64,000 nucleotides of DNA from NCBI RefSeq assembly GCF_006345805.1, contig NC_043015.1, positions 42,656,001-42,720,000 on the forward strand, written 5' to 3'. A program made the translations under genes and the position numbers. Positions within the stretch are counted from its first letter, which is position 1. Every line of letters begins with the position of its first letter. The notes under the pieces are model-generated. The model did not search any database, had not been told where the DNA came from, and saw nothing but the letters and a program-made list of their open reading frames with translations. Shown here piece by piece: positions 49,570-61,584 of this stretch. Source of the stretch: Octopus sinensis (Eukaryota).

Positions 49570-49929
49570 GTAAGAACTCACCGGAATTTCGCAAACATCT
49601 CTCCCAGAACAAACAACTGTTATTTTCGTAATCTCGCAATAACGACACGAAAATTTTTTTTGAAGGTCTTCTTTGAAACCTTGTGCTTCTTGTCTCTTCT
49701 ATGACCACACACTTGTCCAAATTTAACCAATTTTATTCTTGAATTTCAGAATCTCTTGTAATGTTGTTGTTCAACTTGAGATCACTCTGATTCATCAAAC
49801 TTTGATCAAAACTCATAACCATCACTCACATCTCTTCCCAAAGATCACGCATCTTGGATTTATAATTTATAAACGTATTTTTGTGAAACCAAACATTTTA
49901 ATATAAATTTCTTTTTTGTATCTATTCAG

Positions 49930-50005
49930 AAGCGCCCCCCAGACAATGGTTTTTATGTAAAAACAGCACACAAAAATCCCAAAAAGACCAAATGGTGGTA
50001 TCATG
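49930..50005 (+). CDS. UBE2W: UBE2W exon 5 (KRPPDNGFYVKTAHKNPKKTKWWYH+G)
   Basis: TTCAG acceptor, 76 nt, GTATGT donor. KNPKKTKWWYH is the UBE2W C-terminal signature. Confidence 0.97.
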
Positions 50006-50593
50006 GTATGTTACTAAATTCCTTTAATAATATTTAAAATTATATTTGTATTTCATAAGTGTTATCTTTGCTTTCTCTGAACAAACAGTTTATTAGCAAT
50101 GTCATCATCAACATCATCATTTAACGTCTGTTTTCCATGCTAGCATGGGTTGGATGGTTCGATTGGGGCCTGGTAAGCCATGGAGGCTGCACCATGCTCT
50201 CGTCTGATTTGGCAGTGTTTCTACAGCTTGATGCCCTTCCTAACGCCAACCACTCCGTGAGTGTAGTGGGTGTTTTTTACGTGCCACCGGCACAGGGGCT
50301 AGAGCAGGCTGGCAAACGGCCACGATCGGTTGGTGCTTTTACATGTCACCAACACGGACGCCAGTCAGGCGGCGCTGGCATCTGCGACATTCGGATGGTG
50401 CTTTTTACGTGTCACCGGTACGGGTGTCTTAACTACAATTTCCATTTGATTTTTATTTTGATGTTGACGTACTTGACTCAATAGATGTCCTCAAGAACAG
50501 CGGGTCACTCTACGATCCAAGGTTAGCACAGCGGCCATCCTGCGAGCCATGAACTCACTTCATTTGTCGGGTCATCACTGATGTAAATCAGAG

Positions 50594-50765
50594 TTGAATT
50601 TAGATAGCACCTTACATATTGGTTTGGTCCTATCTAGACAGTCTTCCCACTGCACTCTGCGTGTTAGTGGAACATCACTGAGGCAAGTGGAGAAGTTTAA
50701 GCATCTTGGGGCTGTATTTAAAAGTGATGGGAATCAGGAGGCTGAATTGGATGCTGGAATTCAGG
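50594..50765 (+). pseudogene. RTE-type RT C-terminal fragment in UBE2W intron 5
   Basis: LVLSRQSSHCTLRVSGTSLRQVEKFKHLGAVFKSDGNQEAELD resembles the QVEEFKYLG..FTSDG..E.E.D motif. Confidence 0.7.
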
Positions 50766-51325
50766 AGAATTGCTGGTACAGTAATGTGTTAGCTTCAGCA
50801 TTTGATTAAAAAGACTTTATATTTATATTTTGATTTTTGTGCTGATCATTTCTGATTGTGAATGTTGAGTATCATAATCATCATCATCATCATCGTTTAA
50901 CGATGAAACTCTGCCAGATCAAGATTGAAGCCTGGTGCAGCCATCTGGTTCGCCAGCCCTCAGTCATTCGTCCAACCCATGCTAGCATGGAAAACGGACG
51001 TTAAACGATGATGATGATGATGATCTTTTAATGTCTGTTGTCCATGCTGGTATGGGTTGGATGGTTTGACCAAGGCTGGTAATCTGAGGGGCTGCACAGG
51101 CTCCAGTCTGATTTGGCAAGGTTTCTACAGCTGGATGCCCTTCTTAAATGAAGAATATATTTATTTATTTCCTCTTTCTCTCTCTCTCTGTCTTTTACAT
51201 AATTCTGTGTTTGTAAGGGCTTTAAAACGATTTTCTCTCTTGTACTTTAACATCAGTAACAGATTTCAATTGTTTTAACTTTAAAAAAAAATTAATTTTT
51301 CTTTTTTTTTTCCAATTCATTTCAG

Positions 51326-51339
51326 ATGATACAGTATGA
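51326..51339 (+). CDS. UBE2W: UBE2W exon 6 coding part (DDTV*)
   Basis: T-rich tract + TTCAG acceptor. G+AT GAT ACA GTA TGA completes a 151-aa protein ending WWYHDDTV (vertebrate ending recalled as WWYHDDTC). Confidence 0.92.
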
Positions 51340-51873
51340 AAGTGGATTACCGTTATTATTCTAAAAGCAAACACCCTAAATTGGCAGACAATGTTTGATC
51401 AAAGTAATAATCTGGTTATGTTCCAGACACTGAATATTATTACTATTGAAGATTCACAGAAAAAGAAGAAAAATAATATTAAAAAAAAAAAATGAATAAA
51501 ATGATTAAAAAAAAAAAAAATCTGGTTAACTAACAACCACAATTGCAGAACTATAAACCCCCTAGAGTGCATCATTTTATCTTTCTCTTAAAACCCCTCT
51601 CTCCCCCTCTCAACACCCTCTTTCCCTTTTTTTGTTTTGTATTTTGGCTCATTTATACAGTTGAAAAAAAAAACAAAAAAAATTTTAGTTTCTAAGTTTG
51701 TTTTTTTTTTTTTTTTTGCTTTGTTAAACAAAAGCAATTTTTTTTTTTTTTTCCATATTTATTCACACTTAGCATGTATGATAATTAAATTAAGCTAAAA
51801 TACCTTCATACTTGAAATTACTTAATAAAAAAAAAATTTCCGAAAAAAAAAAAAGAAGTGAAAACAAAATAAA
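51340..51873 (+). terminator. UBE2W 3' UTR with candidate polyadenylation signals
   Basis: AATAAA at 51495, 51824 and 51868 in A/U-rich sequence. The true 3' end cannot be fixed from DNA alone. Confidence 0.4.
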
Positions 51874-52062
51874 CAACAACAACAAAACTAAAATATTTTA
51901 TTTAGCACAATTTATTAAATTGGTCTCTTCAATTCACCAAGTGTCAAGTTTTATCAATCTTCTCCAAAAACTACAACCAAAAATTAGTATTTAATTAATG
52001 TAAAGGCTTCTATGAAAATATTGTTATTATTTATTATTATTAATTATTATTATTATTATTAT

Positions 52063-52947
52063 GGTTGGCCAGCTGGCAGAATCTTTAGTGTACCGGATAA
52101 AATGCTTAAAGGTGTTTCTTCCAGTTTTTTTATGATTTGAGCTCAAATGCCACGGAGGGGTGACTTTTGCCTTTCATCCTTTCAGGGTCAATAAAATAAG
52201 CACCTGTTGGACACTGGGGTCAATGTAATTGTCTCAACCTACTCCCTTAAAATTGCTGGCCTTTTGCCAAAATTTTAAGTCCTTATTGTTATGGGAGAAT
52301 CATTACCATGCTAAGTGCCACCTCTTCTGGTTCTTTACTCTTTGAGCTCAAGTTTTGCAGAAGTCACTTTTGCCTTTGGTTTTTTTTTTTTTTTTTGAGG
52401 TTGATAAAATAAAGTACCAGCTCAACACTTATTGACTCATCTCCTACCTGAAATTGCTGGCCTTGTGCGAAAATTGGAAACTACAATTCTTAAGAAGGCG
52501 GCGAGGTGGCAGAATTGTTAGCACACTGGACGAAATGCTTAGCGGTATTTCGCTTGTTGCTACATTCTGAGTTCAAATTCCACCGAGGTCGACTTTGCCT
52601 TTCATCCTTTCGGCGGGGGTCGATTAAATTAACTACCAGTGAAACACTGGGGTCAGTATAATCGACTAGTCCCCCATCCCCACAAATTTGAGGCACTGCG
52701 CCTCCAAAAGAAAGGATTTATTATTATTATTTTTAAGGTAGCAAGCTGGCAGAATCATGAAGGAGTTGGACAAAATACTTAACGGTATTTTGCTTGTTGC
52801 TACATTCTGAGTTCAAACCCTGCTGAGGTCGACTTTGCCTTTTGTCTATTCAGGCTCGATAAAATAAGTACCAGTTGAATACTGGGGTCGATATAATCGA
52901 CTTACCTTCTCCCTTGAAATTGCTGGCCTTGTGCCAAAATTTGAAAC

Positions 52948-52989
<42 letters not shown>

Positions 52990-53210
52990 AGTGACGGTAG
53001 GTTGACAGAAATGATTGCACACTGGACTCTATGCTTTGCTGATATTTCTTCTGACTTGGCTTTGAGCTCAAATTTCTTTGAGGTCCAACTTTGCCCTTTG
53101 TCCTTTCAGGGTTGATAAAATAAAGTACCAGCTAAGTACTGGGGGCCAGTGTTACTGACTAACCAGCTCCCACAGAATTTCAGGCCTTGTGTCTATAGAA
53201 GAAAGACTAC
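52063..53210 (+). mobile_element. Train of five head-to-tail B2-type SINEs
   Basis: Repeated GCTGGCAGAA heads, CTTTGCCTTTCATCC cores and GGCCTTGTGCC...(ATT)n tails at different levels of divergence. Confidence 0.75.
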
Positions 53211-53714
53211 TGTTCTTATTTCAGAATTAACCTTAAAAAAAAAAAAGTTCTGGTTTTTATTGTAAAACATTATTATTGAAAGACGGTTCTCTAGAACAAT
53301 CTTTATATTATTATTTTTTTGTTTTTGATTTTCAACATTAGTTTCCTTCCAAGAGAGAATTTCTTGATTTTTTTTTTGTTTGTTTTGTTTTGCTGGTTTT
53401 TTTTTTTTCAAAGAAAATAAAATTTGTGCTAAAATGTTTAGGTTTGAACTAGAAAACAATGGAATATGTACAAATATAAAAATTTAAATGAAGCGTGTGT
53501 GTGTGTGTGTTTCTTGAGTCAGACCAATTTTGTTTGTTTTATTTATGGTGGCTGTTTTTGAAATTTAAAAAAAAAAATTTTTTTATTTACTTGATATAAG
53601 TTGTTTTTAGGTGATGTTCTTTGTTTTTGTGACATCTCAATAGTTTGTTAGTTTGCATAGGTTCAATTCTGCGATGATGCCTTAGTCTCATACAATGGTT
53701 TTATGATTGCGCTA

Positions 53715-54368
53715 ACACACACACACGCTTACAAACATACTCATGCACACACATGCCTACAAACATACACACACAAATGTACACGCACATGCACACCTAC
53801 AAACGTACACACACGTCTACAAACGTGTACACACACACACAGCATGCCTACAGACGAACATACACACACTCCTACAAACATACACACACACACAAACGTA
53901 CACGCACATGCATACCTACAAACGTACTCACACACACACACACCACACACACACACACACACCAACACACACACACATATGCCTACAAACGAACACACAC
54001 ACACTCCTTCAAACATACACACACAAACGTATACGCACATGCACACCTACAAACGTACACACACGTCTACAAACGTGTACACACACACACGCATGCCTAC
54101 AGACGAACATACACACACTCCTACACAACATACACACCCACACAAACGTACACGCACATGCATACCTACAACGTACTCACACACACACACAACACACACC
54201 ACACCACACACACACACACACACTATGCCTACAAACGACACACACACACTCCTTCAAACATACACACACAAGTATACGCACATGCACACCTACAAACGTA
54301 CACACACGTCTACAAACGTGTACACACACACACCATGCCTACAGACGAACATACACACACTCCTACAA

Positions 54369-54403
<35 letters not shown>

Positions 54404-54800
54404 CCTACAAACGAACACACACACACTCCTTCAAACATACACACACAAACGTACACGCACATGCATACCTACAAACGTACACACACACACACACACCACA
54501 CACACACACACACACACATGCCTACAAACGAACACACACACACTCCTTCAAACATACACACACAAACGTACACGCACATGCATACCTACAAACGTACACA
54601 CACACACACACACATGCCTACAAACGAACACACACACACTCCTTCAAACATACACACACAAACGTATACGCACATGCACACCTACAAACGTACACACACA
54701 TGGTTATACATGCATACAGATATATACTCAGGTATACATTTATGCACACATTCTCACATGCAAATACACATTTGCATGCATGCATGCACATGCACACACA
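53715..54800. repeat. CA-rich higher-order minisatellite
   Basis: Recurring ordered blocks ATGCCTACAAACGAAC / ACTCCTTCAAACATAC / CAAACGTACACGCACATGCATACCTACAAACGTAC separated by variable CA runs. Confidence 0.92.
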
Positions 54801-55189
54801 CTCAGTGCTAACGTATATTCAATTAATCACTGATTTCTTTAAACCGTTATCTTCCTTGTGTATCTTCCATTTTTACACAAAGCAATTTCTCCTTCGGTCA
54901 TCTTCAAGTACCAGAACAACCCATTTCTGTTTTTGTTATAAAGTTAAATTTTTGATTTTTGTCTGAAAGGAGACGTCAAATTTTATTGCATTATTCTTTC
55001 TATTTTCATTTCTAAGGATACAAAATGTGGCCTTATAAAGGTAGAGGATAGCTGACATTATTTGATAGATTTAAGTGCAATAATATAGCTGTGTTTGTGG
55101 CTGTATATAAACATGTTTGTGTGTATGTGTATACACACACACAGATGCGTGTAATTTTAACATTCATTTTTCCGTGCTTACATGGAAGC

Positions 55190-55538
55190 AATTCATTTGG
55201 GCCACTTTTCGATGGGTTGGGTGCCCATGCTGTCACCGACCTTCACCCGCTTCCAAGCAAGTTAATGACTTCTCATGACCGAAAACGCTTTCATGGAATA
55301 TTGGAAATGAATAACCTGCATGTATGTGTGTCTGTGTGTCCACTTGTCTCAATGTGGTGCAGTAATTCAATTGGGCCACTTTTCGATGGGTTGGGTGCCC
55401 ATGCTGTCACCAACCTTCACCTGCTTCCAAGCAAGTGAATGTTTCCTCATGGCCGAAAATGTTTTCATGGAATATCAGAAATGAATAACCTGCATATATG
55501 TGTGTCTGTGTGTCCGCTTGTCTCAATGTGGTGCAGTA
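55190..55538. repeat. 174-bp direct tandem duplication
   Basis: Units start at 55190 and 55364 (AATTCA(T/A)TTGGGCCACTTTTCGATGG) with roughly 90% identity by eye. Confidence 0.9.
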
Positions 55539-55925
55539 CTTGTAAATGAGTGATACTTTTAAAACCACTGACATCGTTTGCTATCTTCCTTGGGAATGTG
55601 TCCAGCCATTGCTGGGGGAAAATCATCTTGCTAGGGAACAGGGAAGGGTTGGCAACAGGTAGGGCATCCGACTAGAGTGAAAATCTGTTTCAACAAATTT
55701 CATCTGTTCCATACAAGCATAAAAAAATTGGACGCTAAAAGGCTAATGTGCGCACATGCATACACAGTAACTTCGATCTTTTATACATTAGCTTACAGTA
55801 ACATTACTTTACTATTTATATTTTATCAGATTTAGATTACCAAATGAAGAGAGCACAATCTTTCAAAAGTTTTTTTCTACAAAAACCATCAGTATTGTGT
55901 GTGCACAAACACAAGTATATATATA

Positions 55926-56407
55926 TCTGTAAATGTAATGTGACAATTATTTAGTAGCCAAGATAAAACTCTGAGTTTCGGATGCCGAAGTGGAAATTCA
56001 CGCCACCATCTCTTTAGTTATCCACCATCTGAAGAGACGGTGGTGTGGATTTCCACCTCGGCATCCAAAACTCAGAGTTTTATCTTAGCTACCGAATAAT
56101 TGTCACATTTACAGATAAATTCCTCTATTTACATAATATTGAGGTCTCTTTCTTTCTTTTGTTATCTTACCGTTTTTACCAATATATATATATATATATC
56201 TGTAAAATAATATGTGACAGTTATTCAAAAGCCAAGATAAAACTCTGAGTTTCGGATGCCGAGGTGGAAATCCACAACACCATCTTTTCGGTTATCTGGC
56301 CATCTTGGCTTTTGAATAATTATCACATATTATTTTACAGATAAATTTCCTCTATTTACATAATATTGAGGTCTCTTTCTTTCTTTTGTTATCTTACCGT
56401 TTTTACC
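55926..56407. mobile_element. Two tandem Penelope/retrozyme-like inserts in (TA)n, each an inverted arm plus a forward arm; three hammerhead-like motifs
   Basis: Arm 55926-~56022 is the inverse of 56029-56115. The 70-nt tail is repeated at 56111-56180 and 56338-56407. TA tracts lie at all three junctions. Confidence 0.72.
55961..56296. ncRNA. Minimal type-I hammerhead ribozyme motifs x3 (55961-56022 -, 56029-56085 +, 56235-56296 -), each with core mutations
   Basis: Majority consensus GATAA-CTGAAGA-GATG..CATC-CGAAAC-TCAGA-GT-T-TTATC gives stem I (GATAA/TTATC), the core, stem II, stem III (ACT/AGT) and a GUU triplet. Confidence 0.68.
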
Positions 56408-56442
<35 letters not shown>

Positions 56443-59328
56443 TATATATATAGTGTGTTTATTGTAGGGAGCTATTTACTAAACATAGTATCAAGCAATT
56501 TAAACTTAGAAACCGAAGAAAAAATTTTTGATAGATTTGAGTTTTCATATCATTGCGTCGTTTAGTTTTGCTGAGAAATTTCCGGTGAAGCCTTAGTTGT
56601 AGATTTTTGTTGTTTTGCTTCATTTCTTTAGTCCTCATTACTTCATTATTATTATTTTTTTTTCTAAATTCTTCTGTTAACCATGTTTTTTAAGTTCTTT
56701 AATCCTTTAACCATGTTCAGATTATTCTGTCAAATATAATGCATATTCATTCACATTGTCTTGGATTCATCTTGCATTATTTCATAGCATCAAGATTTAG
56801 ATGGCATTGTAGGGTAGGTGTGAGAGACCTGATCTGGCCAATTTGAATGTAAAACAGGCAGAATATACAGGCCAAATATGATCGGTTTAAATGCCGAAGG
56901 ACTAATAATTAACATTATAATTGTTAATTAGTGTAAAATTTAGCCTCTCCCAGTTGCTCCCTACTAAAACTAAAAAAATATAGAATAGTAATGATTTAGG
57001 TAACTTTTTAAAAAAAATAAAATCTTTTTATCAGATTCGATTTTTATCAAATAGCAGAAGTTAAAATTTGGCAAAACAGAGTTAACAATCTTTTTCTCTG
57101 TCTGCTTGTTAACTTCCCCATCATCATCATCATCATCCTTGAGACTGCCTTTGGTCTAACACTGCAAAAAAAAAAAAATATTAACCGTTTCCTTACCGTA
57201 TTTCTGTTGAAATATTCTACTTTCGTTTCTATTAATTTTGAAAATAATGAATTGGGTGAACTAACTTTGTCATTATTAAGCTGGAGTCTGGAACATAAAT
57301 TGAAATTTTGATGGAATTTTTTAACCCATTTATGCCCATTAAAAAAAAAAAAAAAAAAAATGAAGTCTTAAAATTTCCCTGTATTTAGATTAAATGTTTA
57401 TGGTAAGCTTTCACAATCTGGAAGTCAGATGCTTCCTGGTAAGTTCAGGCCCAAACAAGTAGGAAAATGCAGCCAGGGGTATATATGGGATAATTTAGAA
57501 AACTTTGAAGCCTGATGTTTGTATCCTAGCCAGAGAAGGTCTCGGATGGGTTGGTGCCAAAATGGTTAGTGTTCATATTTAAATTAAGACCATTTATAAT
57601 TTTGCATAAAAAAAAAATTTCAATAACAGTTTGATATATGTAAACAAATAGGTTATTTTACTGTCTTAATTGTTGATAATTTTAATTAAAACCTAGGTGA
57701 TGTTACATCAGAAATTTTATGAAAGGTGTAATTAGAAGCACAAATTAAAAAAAAAAACCCAAAAACTAAAAAAAACCTCTGCAAAACAAAACTATGTTGA
57801 ACTTAAAATTGGTTTTATTGTTTAGATTTTGTCAAATTAAATGAAATTCATTTGTATAGCTTTTGCCAGTGTATTTTGGTGTTAATTGTTGTATTAAAAA
57901 AAAATTCTTTTCTAGCAAGTAAATGTTACACATTGCCATTTTTTTTTAAAAAATCCTTTTTGTGCTTTACTGGTATACATTTAAAAATACATTTAAAATA
58001 TATACATTTAAAAAAAAAAAAAAAATTCATTTTTAGGACAGTAGATTTAATGAACTAATTAAGTGTGGTATATGTGAAATGGTAAATTAGTTTGATAGTT
58101 AGTTAGATCACTAATTATAGAATTAATTTAACTAAACTATACAGCTTGTATTCTTAGCATTAAAACACTTGTTTGTCTGTTAACTAAAATCTGTTAACAA
58201 GAATGTTTGAAATTTTTGGTTGTGAAGTTCGTTAGTTACCAAACACACGTGTGCACACATACACACACTTGTGTAACGGCTTGGAAATACTTTGCTATTC
58301 AGGAAAGAATTTCTGTACAGAACAATATATTCTTAATATTGTTCCGCAGTCAATACAAAGGTGCACAGAGCATTGCTTAAAGAATGGCCTGTTTTGGAAA
58401 TATTTGGTGGCATTGAATAATTAAGGCAGCGAGCGTGGCAGAACCAAAAGATGCCAAGCAAAATACTTAGTAGTATTTCACCCATCTTTATGTTCCAAGG
58501 TTGACTTTGCCTTTCATCCTTTCGGGGGTTCATCATCGTTTAACGTCCGTTTTCCATGCTAGCATGAGTTGGACGGTTCAACTGGGGTCTGGGAAGCCAG
58601 AAGACTGCACCAGGCTCCAGTCTAATCTGGCAGTGTTTCTACAGCTGGATGCCCTTCCTAATGCCAACCACTCCATGAGTGTAGTGGGTGCCTTTTACGT
58701 GCCACCTGCACAGGTGCCAGACAGGCTGGCAAACGGCCACGATCGGATGGTTCTCTTACGTGCCATCGGCACTAGTATCACAGCTACAATTTCCACTGAT
58801 GTTGATTGATAAATTAAAGTACCAGTTGAGTACTGGAGTTGATGTAATCGACTTACCCGCCTCCCCCAAATTTCAGGCCCTGTGGCAATAGTGGAAAGGA
58901 TATTAAATGATTAATTAGTATTTGGAAAATGAAATGCATTAACTCTTGACTGTGTGATTAAATTTCATGATTATTTCGATGTTAATTATCTACAAAAAGA
59001 AAAAAAAAAAATCTGAAAACTTGTCTTTTTGTAAAGTGTCACTGGAGGTGTGCCCCCACTTCTTACCTGCATAAAGAGAAGTTTAGTTGAACCGTATGGT
59101 AAAACCGTTTCCCCCCCAGTCAACAGTAATTAAATTTTGAGCAGTTATTTCTGCTTTCCATGTTTGAAGGGTTAAATGCATGCTCCACACACATGCAAAT
59201 ATGTATACATAGAAATAATAGATTTTATGATTTTGCTTAGGCATCGGTGTATAGAATAAAGCCTTAAGTGAGTACAGAGCATATTATAATTAATGAATGA
59301 CAAAAGAACAGGAGCTATGTAATCAGCC

Positions 59329-59549
59329 TCACTAATTTACAGCCGTTTCTCTAAGTAGCGGTGCACTCAGAGCTAAGTGCTTCTGCAACATCTGATAGCT
59401 TCTTCAGAGCCATAGATATTGTAGTATAGAAGGCAAAAATTGATAAGCATTAATCAATTTTTGCCTCCTATACTACAATATCTATGGCTCTGAAGAAACG
59501 CTTAGCTCTGAGTGCACTGCTACTTAGAGAAACGGCTGTAAATTAGTGA
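59329..59549. repeat. ~97-bp-arm inverted repeat (long hairpin) containing divergent hammerhead-like motifs
   Basis: Arms 59329-59444 and 59453-59549 with an 8-nt loop, about 4 mismatches and one ~19-nt insertion in the left arm. Confidence 0.9.
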
Positions 59550-59853
59550 AACAAAATCTGAGTATTTAATTTTCCAATACCACCAAATACCTCTTAAACT
59601 GCCGCCTGTATGTAGCTCTCAAAATTTTAAGTTTTGAGATATTCAACATTGTGTTATAAATATTACAGAATTGTCATAGGTGATCGTAAATGCTACTGGT
59701 CTGATGGTACTTAAAAGAAATGTTTTTTTTTTTCTTTTCTCTAAATATACAGCAATATTCATTAAATACTTTATACCTGGACAATGTCAATAAGTTCTGA
59801 AAAGATAAACAGGACAAACCACTCAAAAATACATTGGATTAAAAAAAAGAAAA

Positions 59854-59859
59854 TTTATT
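59854..59859 (-). terminator. Candidate polyA signal of the TMEM14-family gene
   Basis: Minus-strand AATAAA about 145 nt after the stop, followed by a U-rich tract. Confidence 0.4.
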
Positions 59860-60002
59860 GTCAAAAAGCAGAGAAGCAATTAAGTTCTATTAACGAATGA
59901 TTTTTTAAAATTATAATTCTTTCTCCCCACCCCTACTCTTTCAGGACATTGAGTTCCTCACTAATGATGATTGATATTGTTCCCTCTCTTGCACCAAATT
60001 CT

Positions 60003-60051
60003 TCAAGTCTTCATATAAAGGTTCATACCATTCCGAAGTGAAACAAGTGTG
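60003..60051 (-). CDS. TMEM14C: TMEM14-family last coding exon (S-TLVSLRNGMNLYMKT*)
   Basis: Minus-strand TTTATTTCCAG acceptor. Phase matches the previous exon (AG+C=Ser). Short hydrophobic-then-basic tail with TGA at 60003-60005. Confidence 0.78.
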
Positions 60052-60727
60052 CTGGAAATAAAAATAGAAAAAACAAATGTATGGCTTTTGAGCTTTATTT
60101 GTTTAATTATTATTAGAAAAACAAACGAACAAAAGGTAAATAGATTGAAGTATTTGACAGATTTCTTATGGCCCTTAGCCCTTTATTGAAAGCTGGCTGA
60201 GATCGAACTTTACTTTTCGTCCCTTTGGGGCTTGATAAAATAAAGTACCAGTAATGAAGTCATCATCGTTTAACGTCCGCTTTCCATGCTAGCATGGGTT
60301 GGACGATTTTGACTGAGAGCTGGTGAACCAGATGGCTGCACTAGGCTCCAATCTGATCTGGCAGAGTTTCTACAGCTGGATGCCCTTCCTAATGCCAACC
60401 ACTCCAAGAGTGTAGTGGGTGCTTTTTATGTGCCAGTCAGGAGGTACTGGTAACAACCTCGCTCGAATCCTTTTACACATGCCACCAGCATAGGTGCCAG
60501 TAAGGCAATGTTGGTAACGATCACGCTCAAATGGTGCCCTTTTACGTGCCACTGGCAGGGAAGCCAGTTGACTGCTCTGGCAACGATCATGCTTGGATGG
60601 TGCTCTTGGCACTCTACTAATTTCAACCAACTCCCCACCTTCTGATACATTGCTATCCCAGGTTTTAAAAAAAAATCCTGTTATAGTTTTATAATTAAAT
60701 ATTTAGGAATTGTATATATACATCTGT

Positions 60728-60968
60728 GGAGGTGCGTGGCTTAGTGGTTAGGGTGTCAGCATTGTGATCATAAGATTGTGGTTTCGATTCCTGGACCGGG
60801 TGACGCGTTGTGTTCTTGAGCAAAACACTTCATTTCACGTTGCTTCAGTCCACTCAGCTGGCAAAAATGAGTAACGCTGAGATGGACTGGTGTCCCATCC
60901 AGCTGGGGAACACATACGCCTTAGAAACTGGGCCCATGAGCCTGGCTAGGCTTTAAAAGGGCGCATTT
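60728..60968 (+). mobile_element. CORE-type SINE with a distinct tail (V-domain-like GATGGACTGG...TCCAG)
   Basis: Family-E head and CORE block followed by a tail not seen in other copies. The V-SINE resemblance is from memory. Confidence 0.65.
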
Positions 60969-60984
60969 ATTAGATTTTATATAT

Positions 60985-61553
60985 CATCATCGTTTAACGT
61001 CCGTTTTCCATGCTAGCATGGGTTGGACGGTTCGACCGGGGTCTGGGAAGCCGGGAGGCTGCATCAGGCTCCAGTCTGATCTGGCAGTGTTTCTACAGCT
61101 GGATGCCCTTCCTAATGCCAACCACTCCGTGAGTGCTTTTTACGTGCCAGGGGAGGCTGGCAACGGCCACGATCGGTTGGTGCTTTTTACATGCCACCGA
61201 CACGGAAGCCAGTCAAGGCGGCACTGGCATCAGCCACGTTCGGATGGTGCTTTTTACGTGCCACCGGCATAGATATCACAATTACAATTTCCATTTGATC
61301 TTTTGATGTTGATGTACTTGACTCAATAGGTCTCCTCAAGCACAGCAGGTCACCTTACGATCCAAGGTAAGTACAGCAGGCCGTCCTGCGTTCCAAGGCA
61401 CTTTGTAAGAGCTGGGGCTACAATGTGAAGCTGGTGCAGGAGACAGCCATGAACTCACATCATTTGTCGGGTCTTCGCCGTCACAGTGTATTTCCAGAGG
61501 TCTCGGTCTTCCGTCATTGCCTCTGTGAGACCCAACGTTCGAAGGTCGTGCTT
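60985..61553 (-). mobile_element. RTE-clade LINE 3' end: ORF2 C-terminus (KHDLRTLGLTEAMTEDRDLWKYTVTAKTRQMM*), 3' UTR and (GAT)n tail (family C)
   Basis: Coding remnant 61455-61553 has the DL..LGL.E....DR..W RTE C-terminal pattern. It is contiguous with the abundant CATGCTAGCATG...GGACGTTAAACGATGATG tail, which identifies family C as truncated LINE 3' ends. Confidence 0.8.

Positions 61554-61584
<31 letters not shown>

Noticed and set aside
49387-49704. ORF-track protein extending beyond the UBE2W exon
   Set aside because: Only 49414-49569 is exon. The flanks are intron read-through past clear AG/GT sites.
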